Shown here: positions 1-10,128 of the stretch, in pieces
Numbering within the stretch: position 1 is the stretch's first letter
Layout of the letters: every line of letters begins with the position of its first letter
Assembly (NCBI GenBank): GCA_021432655.1
Contig: MU271564.1
Span: forward strand, 1 to 44,245
Length of the DNA stretch: 44,245 nt
DNA from: Atractiella rhizophila
Taxonomy: Eukaryota
Direction of reading: 5' to 3'
Notes under the pieces: model-generated
What the model was told of the DNA's origin: nothing
Database searches by the model: none
The model's input: the letters and a program-made list of their open reading frames with translations, nothing else
Made by a program: the position numbers and the translations under genes

Positions 1-574
1 GCAGACCCGACCTATCGGGTCCTAGATTCACCCTCTGTCGACTCCCTCATCTTCAAACACTGCCTCGCCATACGGGTCAAAGTGTTCGTAGACGAGCAAA
101 AATTCACCTACGAATCCGAAGACGACGGACTCGACGTAGACTGTCACCACTTCCTCCTCCTTTCCCTTCCCTCCTCTCTCTCCTCCGCAAGCTCTTCCGA
201 GCTCCTTGAGCGGTTAGAGAAGGAAGACGAGGCTGTTAAGCCGATTGGAGCGTTGAGACAGTTCGTGAAGAAGAAACCGGGGAAGGTTGCTCGGGTGGCT
301 ATCCTCCCTGAGGGAAGGGGGAAGGGGCTGGGAGGGTTGCTTGTGAGCAAGGTGGTGGAATGGGAAAGGGAGAATGGGAAGGTTAAGGAGCTGTTTCTGC
401 ACAGTCAATATATACCGAAAACAATTCGGTTCTATGAGAGGTTCGTTGATCCCCATTCTGTTGCATTTATCAAGTTGCTCATCCAGTGTGGATAGGTTGG
501 GATTCAAAAGTGACGGTTCACCGATCTTCATGGAGGACGGTATGGAGCACATCAAGCTGGTGCTCCCCCTGTAA
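1..574 (+). CDS. GNAT acetyltransferase (ElaA/YjcF-like), copy 1, 5'-truncated by the window edge; intron 441-495
   Basis: Motifs IRVKVFVDEQ, acetyl-CoA motif RVAILPEGRGKGLG, LHSQ and spliced FYER|LGF...FMEDGMEHIKL. GT..AG intron. Near-identical to 9110-9709. Confidence 0.8.
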
Positions 575-1029
575 ACTTAAAATATCGCGTAATGTAACTA
601 GGGGAAGGATCAAAAGCATGATGGGATAGATAACTCGATAAAAAAAGCGAATCACCATGAATTGCGCGGCATTCTCTTTCCCAAACATCAGAAACACACA
701 CAGAAACAAAAGGAACAAAAAGAAATCGAAGAAGCTGGACCACTCGAAATTTCCTCCTTTCTCTTCAATCTTCAATCTTTGATCTTCAATCAGAATCAGA
801 CAGAATACGTTTGTTCAGCGGCAGGGCACGACTGGTTGGTTTGGTTTGGTTTGGTTGGGGTGGTCGGAATGAGAGTCGAGGAAAACGTTCTTTGCTGCTA
901 CGAATGTTGAGGGTGCATGCCAAATTAAGGGAATGAGAGAAAGAGAAGAAAGAAGAAGGGGTATGATCTCGTTGGAGATGTTGAAATTGGAGCGAGCGGA
1001 AAGGAGTGGAAGGTTCAGGCGGAGTACGT

Positions 1030-2000
1030 CTACGATTGCTTGATCTGCAGCAAAACATCAATGGGCAATAGAACATGAGAGGATGGAGAGATCCCTTACA
1101 TTCTGGGTGAGCCACGAGAGTCCTATATCGAGGTTTTATGGAAAAGAGTCAAAATATGAAGAGTGAACGGAAGATGAAATGACGGACCTTCGAACAGCCC
1201 ATCGCCTTGTAAGGCGTTGCTAGGGTGGCAATACCAGCTTCGATCCCTCATCTTGAGCAACCCCAATTTCTCCGTCACCTCAGTCGGGCTCATCGCTACA
1301 CGTTCGCTTTAAAAAACAAACCAACATTCAAGAGGGAGGGAGGAATCGCAAAGACGGACCACCGGGCAAATCTTGCTTGTTGGCGAAAACGAGGAGCAGA
1401 CAATCCTTCATCTCCCTGTCTTGCAAGATCTTGTGTAACTCCAACCGTGCCTCGTCGATCCTCTCCCTGTCCTGAGAGTCGACCACGAAAACTAACGCCT
1501 GTGTGCCGGTGTAATAGTGCCGCCAGAGGGGACGGATCTTATCTTGTCCTCCCACATCCCAGACGTTGAACCTGTCGTTTGATAAAATGAGCAGAGGGAT
1601 GAGGGGTCATGATTGGAAGAGGAGAAGGACGCACTTTACGTTCTTGTAGGTCACCGTCTCGACGTTGAAACCGACGGTTGGGATGGTCGTGACGGATTGA
1701 TTCAGCTTGAGCTTGTAAAGGATAGCTGTGACCACACACAACACGAGACAGAGCGAACACATCATCCATTCATTCATTCATGCATTCATTCTCCGAGAAA
1801 AGAGGAAAGAAAGAACGCACTCGTTTTCCCAGCTGCGTCCAGTCCGAGCATGAGGATCCTCATCTCCTTGTTACCGAACAGCTTTCCTGCACCACCGCAT
1901 CACCAAGTCAGAGTTTTGCGTGGATAGCCGAAGAAGTGAATGCGCATGGAAGCAGAATGGAAGGGCATGTACCGAGCGCTTTGGAGAGGGCGGCACCCAT
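1030..2000 (-). CDS. ARF6: ADP-ribosylation factor, Arf6 class, copy 1 (multi-exon, plus a 5'-UTR intron)
   Basis: Spliced [68 protein letters not shown]. Myristoylation Gly2. YYTGTQ is the Arf6 signature. Confidence 0.93.
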
Positions 2001-2130
2001 CGTTTCTGGCTATTAGAACTGGGGGACAGACACGAGTCAACAAACACTCTCTCAGCGTGAGGAAGATACTCACGACGTATACTTTTATGGTGACAGTGGT
2101 CAATCTCCTGAAGATGATTTGGGTTACGAG

Positions 2131-2140
2131 TTCACGTGAC
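2131..2140. promoter_or_regulatory. Palindromic E-box TCACGTGA (Cbf1/CLEAR-like) in the ARF6/ATG4 divergent promoter
   Basis: TTCACGTGAC about 45 bp upstream of the ATG4 start; also at 11225-11234. Confidence 0.4.
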
Positions 2141-2182
2141 ATGTTTCCGTCCAGCTCCAACTACGACGGGTGACAAGTCTCG

Positions 2183-2759
2183 ATGTCTCGATTTCGCACG
2201 TCAGCCGAAGAAAAGTCGAGCAATGCCACCGTTTCTGCTTCGGGGTCGAGGAGACTGAGCACCAAGAGAGATCGAAGCGGATCGGTGGGGAGCAGCTATG
2301 TCCTGTCAGGTAGTGCGGGTGGCACTTCAAACACTGCAAACACCAACGCCTTCCCATCAGGTGCGTATCTTTCACATCACATGTATCCAGAACGGCAGTC
2401 AAATGGGTGTTTTTCTGGGTCAAAGCATCAATGATTTCGCCATCTGGACGGATCCGTCCCACGTCTCCTTTACAGCGCAGGGGAACCATCTCCGACCTTT
2501 TCCCGACCTCTCCCTCTCCTCCGCCCAACACCAATCCTACCTCAACCTCCAGACGGTCTCCTCCGCCGTCGCCAAGAAGCAATCAAAGCGGAAACATAGG
2601 CATCGGTATCCCTCAGGCGTTCCACGCACACAACCCTCCTCCCTTGCGACCGGAAGACGAGGACGAGCCCTCCGACGAGTCGTTTGAGGATATTGGGAAT
2701 GAACAGACGTTCAGTAACACTCATCGGAACATTCCGTCGGCGGAGTATTCTGGCAGGAG
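2183..2759 (+). CDS. ATG4: ATG4 5' fragment, copy 1, cut off by the assembly gap
   Basis: Nearly identical to 11277-11853. Confidence 0.8.
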
Positions 2760-2784
2760 NNNNNNNNNNNNNNNNNNNNNNNNN
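2760..2784. other. Assembly gap (25 N)
   Basis: Run of N. Confidence 1.
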
Positions 2785-5783
2785 CTTCGGACCACGGATG
2801 ACGATCTCATTCGCCTGTCCTTTCTCCTCACCTTCCTCACCCTCTTTCGAAGGGAAGTTGATTCGGACTTCATAAGTCGTCTCAAGACGCTTGAGCAACA
2901 TTCCTCCCTTTCCAATCAACGATCCGCGCTCGATGTTTGCCTCAGGCGGTGGCATCGGGATAGAAAGGGTAACCTCATCAGCCTGTCCGCAACCGCAATT
3001 TAAGACCCGACATCAACAACCGACGCACCCCTCCCACAAATGGGATAAAAACGTACCATCCGCTCGACGAGAGATAGGATCCTCTTCTTCGCCACCTCCA
3101 CATTCTCCTTCCTCCCCTTAATCAACACCTCAGCTTTGGCTTCCTCTTCCTCTTCTCCCCCTCCGTTGCCGCCACATCCGTAAAGTCGATTCTCACCGCC
3201 AAATCCTCTTTCAGCTTGTTGACGGTCGCTCCAGCCTTCCCAACGACGTGAGGGACGAACTTGGCGTCGATTTCAAAGGACTGAGTCTGAAACACCCACA
3301 CACTCTCAGTATCCTCATCCAACAGACCAAAGGAGGAAAGGATACGAACGTAAGAATTGACGGCCTGGTTCTCCTTCTCATCCGCGGCAGCCTTGAGAAT
3401 GGCTTCCTTGACGCGTGCGACATCAGCAGGCTTTCCACGGATGGAGACTTGGTCTTCTTTCAAGCTGTCCTTGTCCGCTTGACCGGTGGAGGGGAACTTG
3501 ACGATGACAGTCTTCTCCTCTCCGATAATCACGTTCACTACACAAGATCAAAGCTTAGATAAGGAAGAGAGAGGGTGGTGAGAACGCACAGTTGGCACCA
3601 CCAGGGACCGATGATGGCCTTGTGCAGTTTATTAGGCACGGTGATGATCTCGCTCTTGATATCCGCCTCCTTCTTCGCTTGCTCCACCAACTCAGTCTTC
3701 ACGTCCGCCAACGCCTCCTCCGCCTTTCCGTCACCAGTATAAACCAAGAGGACCTCGGATTCGTCTCCTCCCTTATCCTTCTCCGAAGGGAACAAGACCT
3801 CGACACCCTTCTTCTCCTGGAAGGTTCGGACGCGGGAGCCACCTTTGCCGATGATATGCTTATGAACCAGAGGATCGATGGAGACGGTAGCGAAGTGAGC
3901 AGGCGACAGGGACTTGGTAAGAGCCACGACATCAGCGCGAGCAGCGTCGAGAGCGCCCTGATTCTTGGAGACGATCTCGACGACCGCGCTGACGGGGACG
4001 CGTAAATCTGGAAATGCTTCTCCTGGATCGCTCTCAACTTGTTCTCAACTTGCTTCGATGCTTCTTCCCTCCTTCCCTTCCCTTCCAGATCCACCACGTC
4101 CACCAACGTCGCGTTCGCCTTCTCCATCACCTTCTGCAGACCGGTCGGCAAAGCTTCCTGCGGTCCACGGATGGTGACATTCATCGACGGGTCGTCTTGA
4201 GGCGGCACTTGGATCGTGCATCCCGTTTCCTTGAGGATTTCTTCGCCTGCAGCGCCGATGAGGAAGCGATGTTGCCTCTTCTGGATGGCAAAGTTGAGCG
4301 TGGTGGTCTTGCGTTTCAACGTGTCATAATCCTCCTTGAGCGCCTCCACCACCCTCGCCACCTTCGTCTTCTCCCCACTAACCACGATCGCCGTCTCCCT
4401 CCCACCCCGCGGGAGCCGCTCCGTCCTCTCCAGCAGCAGCAGCAGCATCAACGGTATTCCATTTCCCCGACAAGAGCGCTCTCCAATCCGGCACATCCAC
4501 TCTCACCTCCTCGCTTCCGCCCTCTTCCTCCTTAAAAACAACCTCGTCAGCCTCTCGCCCATGTCCCGCTTCAAGAAAGGATAAAACTCGACGGGGATGT
4601 CCGTCACCTTTTCCGTCCCCTTCGAGTTTCGCTCAGCCACGATGGCGTTGATCCGCTCCCGAGCGGTCGTCACCCCTTCCACGTCCCCCGCGATCGTGAT
4701 CGTGATCGTCATGTCCTCGGGAAGGTCCGTGCCGGTGGGGCGAGGGGGGAATGTCGATGCGCGCGCCCGTGCTGTCGGTGATGGATTTCAGAGTGCGTCC
4801 TTTGAGACCGATGATGTGGGAGAGGTTGGCGAGAGGCACGGGCAGCTGGACCGTTATCTGGTCGCCGGGTTATTAGCTTTAGTCCAACAGACAGCAGCTT
4901 CCACATTCAAAATAGGGAGAGTTTTCGGTGTATGGCAAATTTTCACACTCATTCTTCCTCCGTACAGACACTGGTGACGAAATGCCATCCAGCATAAAAC
5001 CATGCCTCCACTAAACCGCTAATAAAGATAAAAAAAGACTCACCTTCTTCGTGACCCTAGCCACCAACTCCTTCCTCGCTCTCACGACCGCCCTCCGTTT
5101 TACCCTTAATAGCGAACGTAGTCAACCCGGAGCTCTGACTTCTCGAAGATTCGATCTGAACAGTTCCATTAGACATCTTGATGATGAGTTTCATGACCTC
5201 TCCCAGCGTCTTCGGCTCCTCTTCCCTCCTCCCACCGCCTCTTCCCCCTCCCGACTGATGGAGCGGCTTGACTTCGATGCTATTCGTCGACAGCGCGAAC
5301 GTCTGCGTAAACGGATAAGAAGCGGCTGTATGGAACGATCCAGCACGTATAGCAGGTCCCCAAGCCGGCGCTGCACCCGTTCCCGTGGGCGTGGTGGCAG
5401 TAGCGGTCGCGGGTTCGGGGGTCAACGGTCTCGATGATCCAGGGGTGGCGCTGGCGGCTTTTGGCGGGGCGAGCGAGGAAAGGGAGGGAAACGCAGCCTC
5501 GTCCTCCACGTTCGGAAGCCTGGGCGTCCCTTGTCCCTGTCCCTGTGCTCCGCTCGCCGCGCCCTTGGAGGCTTTGGCGGACGCATCCTTGACCGGGAAG
5601 GGATCTTCCATCGCGTGGTGCGCCTGCAGGAGGGCGGCCGCGCTACCTGCTGCAGTGGTGCTCGTGCTGGGGCTCGTGCTGGAGGAGGACCCGATGGCGC
5701 CGTAGCTTCCGTTGGTGTGTGAGGTGCCGTTGAGGGGCGACGTGGCACTGCGCGCCGCTGAGGGAGGGGAAGTCGTCGGCCAT
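2785..5783 (-). CDS. SCP160: Vigilin/Scp160 multi-KH-domain RNA-binding protein, 3'-truncated by the gap, with several apparent 1-nt frameshifts
   Basis: Repeated KH GxxG motifs (HIIGLKG, FLIGAAG, HIIGKGG, AIIGPGG, HVVGKAG, LIGKGG) and N-terminal FPSL motifs. Introns include 4858-5043. Confidence 0.88.
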
Positions 5784-5980
5784 CTGCTGTGTGTGTTTTT
5801 TGATGTGAACCGTGGCGTGTTACCGGCGATGATGCTCTGACCTGGCGAATGACACTGCTGCTGCTTGCTTGAAGTAGTCGTCGCTCACTTTGCCCTTTTC
5901 TCTGTCCACTCTCATCATCTTGCATCATCTTATCCTGATCATTCAATGATCATTCAAGAGTAGAAGCAGCAGCCTAAGAT

Positions 5981-8683
5981 ATGGCAGCACCGACGAGTTG
6001 TCCTGGCTTCAACACGCCCAAATGTAAAGGGACTGCTGCCAGAAGGAGCAGCGAGGTGTCCAACCTGTTTGAAGCAGGGCGTGACGAGCAGGTGGTGTTC
6101 CAAAGGTTCGTCTTTGGCATCCCAGCTTTAGAATTCGAGAAGGCTGATGAAATGTTGCTCTCCAGAGTGCTTTGCTGATAATTGTACGTCTCCTCTCTTT
6201 AGATTAATCTACGGCTGATCCTGCTACAGTCGTGAGTGATTTGATCTCGATTTAGGCTATATCATCTCGATTTATGTTTCTTTTCTTAATCTGATTAACT
6301 CGTTGAACAAAGGATTCCTAATAAAACAGGAATACAGCTTATGTCTTTTCTTTGTAGTCAAGAAAGGCATCTCCCGCTCAACCAAGAGCATGATGTCAGT
6401 GTTGTTTGAAACACTTCTTACCTTCAAACACCGCACTCCATTCCGCAAATTCACGCTGGGAGATGCTCCAATGCAATCATTCCATCCACAGCTTTTAATG
6501 ATTCAAGCAAAGAGCAAATACTTTATTTGGGTGCTTTTCGCCCAAATATAAAGCGAGAGCCTTTCAGGTCTCGCTGTAGTGTATGTATGCCTAAATGTCC
6601 TGGTATCTCTCACCAGACAAAAAAACATTTCCATTTATATCTCAACATCGCCGTGTTCAAAAAATGGCACAGCTCTAACGTTATCGAATCTTGAAGATAT
6701 CGATTTGTAATGATCTCTGCGTGTGATTATTCTAGCAGGTTGCACACAATTTTTCAATCGTTCGAGTTTTTTGATAGGTCCATCAAAGGCATTTTCGACT
6801 TATATTAGTCTCACTGTTTCAAGTTCCGGAGCAGTACGTTCCATCACATTTTCTCACACTTTTGCAGTTGCAATTGCAAAGGAGTGTGTGGTCAGGCAAG
6901 GAAGTCACTGTCGTTCTCCCTTACGTTTGAGTGTCGAGTTCTAAACGAGATTTTTCTATCTCAGCTGAACCAAATAGCTTTACGAGATCATTACCACCTA
7001 ACTCCTGAAAGCGACATTCTCATTTTCACTGACATCTGTTGAACTAGCCAAAACACAAATTGCTACACAAAGGTGGGTAAATCTCATTCGACAGGCAGCA
7101 CCTCTCACCGTGTCCCATCATTCAAGCGCACGACCCATACCCGAAAAAAGCGTACACCGGAACACTCCGAGCTTCGTTCCCAGCATCCGTTCGTTCAGTG
7201 CCATCAGACATCCAACAACGACAGGTGCCCGCTCATATCCCTAAACCAGACTATGCAGAATCAGGTGCGTCTCCTCCTTCTCCTCGTACCAATCCTTGCT
7301 GACGGTTTGGGATTTGGGTAGGTAAGTGGGGTCGCATCAAGTATGGAATCTCGGAAGTGGGTATGTCTGATCGACGATTTTTATATTTGAAAGGTCAATC
7401 GAAAACGGAAATGGCAGCTCGAAACTTTGCTCCTGCTTGTTTGGATGCGAAAGGCATCGAGGGAATGCGAGAAGTCTGTCGCGTGCGTCTTCTTCCTCTC
7501 GTCTTACCAATCTAAGTTGTAATGTATTTGGCGACAGTTGGCGAGAGAAGTATTGGACTTGGCTGCTAGTCACATTAAACCTGGAATCACGACCATAGAG
7601 CTGGATGAGATCGTACACAATGCTTGCATCGAGCGAGGAGCATATCCTAGCCCGTTGAACTACATGCTCTTCCCGCGCAGTGTTTGTACAAGTGTCAACG
7701 AAGTCATCTGTCATGGTTCGTCTTTCATTATCCTCCTGCAAGCCGAGCTTACTTTTTCCCAGGGATCCCTGATCTTCGTCCACTGGAAAAGGAGGACATC
7801 ATCAACCTCGACGTGACGCTCTACCACAACGGGTGTGTCAGCTCTGATCTTCTCACGTCACCTCAACCGACCCGAATGGGGCAGGTTCCACGGCGATATC
7901 AACGGAACGTATCCCGTCGACGAAGCGCATACCCCTCCAGACTCGCTACGACTCATCCGCACGGCTCGCGAGTGTCTAGACGAGGCAATAGCGATCTGTA
8001 AACCAGGAGTGCCGTATTCACAGCTCGGAAAAGTCATTGAAGGCATCGCTAATCGGGAAGGAATGGGCACCAATCGACGGTATTGTGGACATGGGATAAA
8101 TCAGCTCTTCCATTGCACACCAAACGTCCCGGTACGCTTTTATTTCCATTTCTCTCTCCCTCTGGAAATTGCTGAGTTAAGATTATGTAGCATTATGCTG
8201 CTAATAAAGCGCCTTATGTCATGAAACCAGGTGAGGATCTCATCGTCCTCGCTTCATTGTTTGTTAAAATCTTAATTTTCAGGAAATGTGCGCTTGAACT
8301 TATTATGATTATTTCGCTTCCTCACTCCGTTGCCCTCCAGACGTTCACAATCGAGCCGATGATCACATTGGGCGACCACAGAGACAAACATTGGCCGGAC
8401 AATGTACGCAACCGCTTTCTTCGTCGGGACATTTACTAACAAAACTGCACAGTGGACCGCAGTGACACGCGTGCGTCAAATCCACCTGAATCACCATTAC
8501 ACTGACAATTCGGGGACATAGGACGGAAGTCACTCTGCCCAGTTCGAAGAAACGCTGCTCATTACGGAAGACGGCGTGGAGGTTCTTACGGCGAAGCCTG
8601 GGTGGAAGTTGGGAGACGGCTGGCGAAACACTTCGCAGAAAGCACCGGAAGCAAGCGGGTCAGGGAGTCAGAATGGTGCGTAG
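5981..8683 (+). CDS. MAP1: Methionine aminopeptidase 1 (type Ib, N-terminal zinc finger), paralog A; many introns and microexons
   Basis: Zn finger [64 protein letters not shown]. One extra G at 6029-6031 shifts exon 1. Confidence 0.92.
6232..7047 (+). other. 816-nt spliceosomal intron of MAP1a, densely tiled with inverted repeats
   Basis: GTGAGT donor, CTGAC branch (~7029), TAG acceptor. More than 12 stem-loops visible by eye. The same intron is 49 nt in paralog B. Confidence 0.75.
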
Positions 8684-9076
8684 GCATTCTGGTAATAGCT
8701 ATCTTTTTTCGTTATTATCGCGCTTGAAAACCTGCCTCCATTATGCATATGTGACCATGACAAACTGTTCGTCGTACCTCCACTTCTTGCTAGGGAACTT
8801 CCTGTCCTGCTTCCATTCCCCTTCCACTTTGCCGCTCAAGTGTCCTGTTGTTGTCTCCGACCATCATCACGCGAATCAAGGCATGGATCAAATTGCAGCG
8901 AAACGTGACTTGAGACTTGCCTCATGGAACAGCAGGGTAAAGGCGTTGCTCGTCGCTTTGCAGCTGAGTCATCGGAGGAGAATAAAAGCTACCGTGAAGA
9001 AAAGTCTCCTCAAGCTAGACTTGCCTGAGTGTTCAGATCTTTCCATACCTTCAGTGCCTCGATAGATTTTCCCTCG

Positions 9077-9709
9077 ATGGATTCCACACCATCCACCCCA
9101 ACCGTCCTAGCAGACCCGACCTATCGGGTCCTAGATTCACCCTCTGTCGACTCCCTCATCTTCAAACACTGCCTCGCCATACGGGTCAAAGTGTTCGTAG
9201 ACGAGCAAAAGTTCACCTACGAATCCGAAGATGACGGACTCGATGTAGACTGTCACCACTTCCTCCTCCTTTCCCTTCCCTCCTCTCTCTCCTCCGCAAG
9301 CTCTTCCGAGCTCCTTGAGCGGTTAGAGAAGGAAGACGAGGCTGTTAAGCCGATTGGAGCGTTGAGACAGTTCGTGAAGAAGAAACCGGGGAAGGTTGCT
9401 CGGGTGGCTATCCTCCCTGAGGGAAGGGGGAAAGGGCTGGGAGGGTTGCTTGTGAGCAAGGTGGTGGAATGGGAAAGGGAGAATGGGAAGGTTAAGGAGC
9501 TGTTTCTGCACAGTCAATATCTACCGAAAACAATTCGGTTCTATGAGAGGTTCGTCGACCCCCGTTCTATTAATTTTACTTCCTGTTGCTCATGCAGTTT
9601 GTATAGGTTGGGATTCAAAAGTGACGGTTCACCGATCTTCATGGAGGACGGTATGGAGCACATCAAGCTGGTGCTTCCCCTTGTAAACTTAAAATATCGC
9701 GTAATGTAA
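9077..9709 (+). CDS. GNAT acetyltransferase (ElaA/YjcF-like), copy 2; intron 9550-9606
   Basis: ATG at 9077 (MDSTPSTP..) and the same GNAT motifs as copy 1. Confidence 0.83.
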   Translation: MDSTPSTPTVLADPTYRVLDSPSVDSLIFKHCLAIRVKVFVDEQKFTYESEDDGLDVDCHHFLLLSLPSSLSSASSSELLERLEKEDEAVKPIGALRQFVKKKPGKVARVAILPEGRGKGLGGLLVSKVVEWERENGKVKELFLHSQYLPKTIRFYERFVDPRSINFTSCCSCSLYRLGFKSDGSPIFMEDGMEHIKLVLPLVNLKYRVM

Positions 9710-10128
9710 CCACGGGAAAGTCCAAAAGGATGATGGGATAGATAACTCGATAAAAAGCGAATCACCATGAATTGCGCGGCATTCTCTTTCCCAAACATCA
9801 GAAACACACACAGAAACAAAAGGAACAAAAAGAAATCGAAGAAGCCGGACCACTCGAAATTTCCTCCTTTCTCTTCAATCTTCATCCTTGAATCTTCAAT
9901 CAGACAGAATACGTTTGTTCAGCGGCAGGGCACGACTGGTTTGGTTTGGTTGGTTGGGGTGGTGGGAATGAGAGTCGAGAAAAAACGTTCTTTGCTGCTA
10001 CGAATGTTGAGGGTGCATGCCAAATTAAGGGAATGAGAGAAAGAGAAGAAAGAAGAAAGGGTATGATCTCGTTGGAGATGTCGAAATTGAGCGAGCGGAA
10101 AGGAGTGGAAGGTTCAGGTGGAGTACGT

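Larger units (their letters stand above)
1..2759. repeat. Duplicated block (GNAT-ARF6-ATG4 5' part), second copy at 9110-11853; probably allelic
   Basis: Collinear. Exons are almost identical and differences concentrate in introns and UTRs. The block ends at the 25-N gap. Confidence 0.9.

Noticed and set aside
833..857. (TGGTT)n, plus (CATT)n at ~1765, (ACA)n at ~32627 and (AACTAY)n at ~43741
   Set aside because: Ordinary short microsatellites.
3600..6031. Programmed ribosomal frameshifting or a SCP160 pseudogene
   Set aside because: Many homopolymer indels across two adjacent genes beside a gap, with otherwise intact motifs, fit sequencing error better.
6895..6995. RNase P/MRP RNA (GGAAGUC and AACCAAAUAGCUUUA resemble CR-I/CR-V)
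   Set aside because: The required P4 complementarity between the two segments is absent.
6232..7047. Group I/II intron or box C/D snoRNA inside the MAP1a intron
   Set aside because: No group II domain V, no group I core, and no clean RUGAUGA/CUGA pair with a terminal stem seen by eye.
7322..7360. 39-nt cassette exon using the GTATGT donor at 7361
   Set aside because: It would leave a 33-nt intron with the branch motif only 7 nt from the donor, and paralog B has no counterpart.
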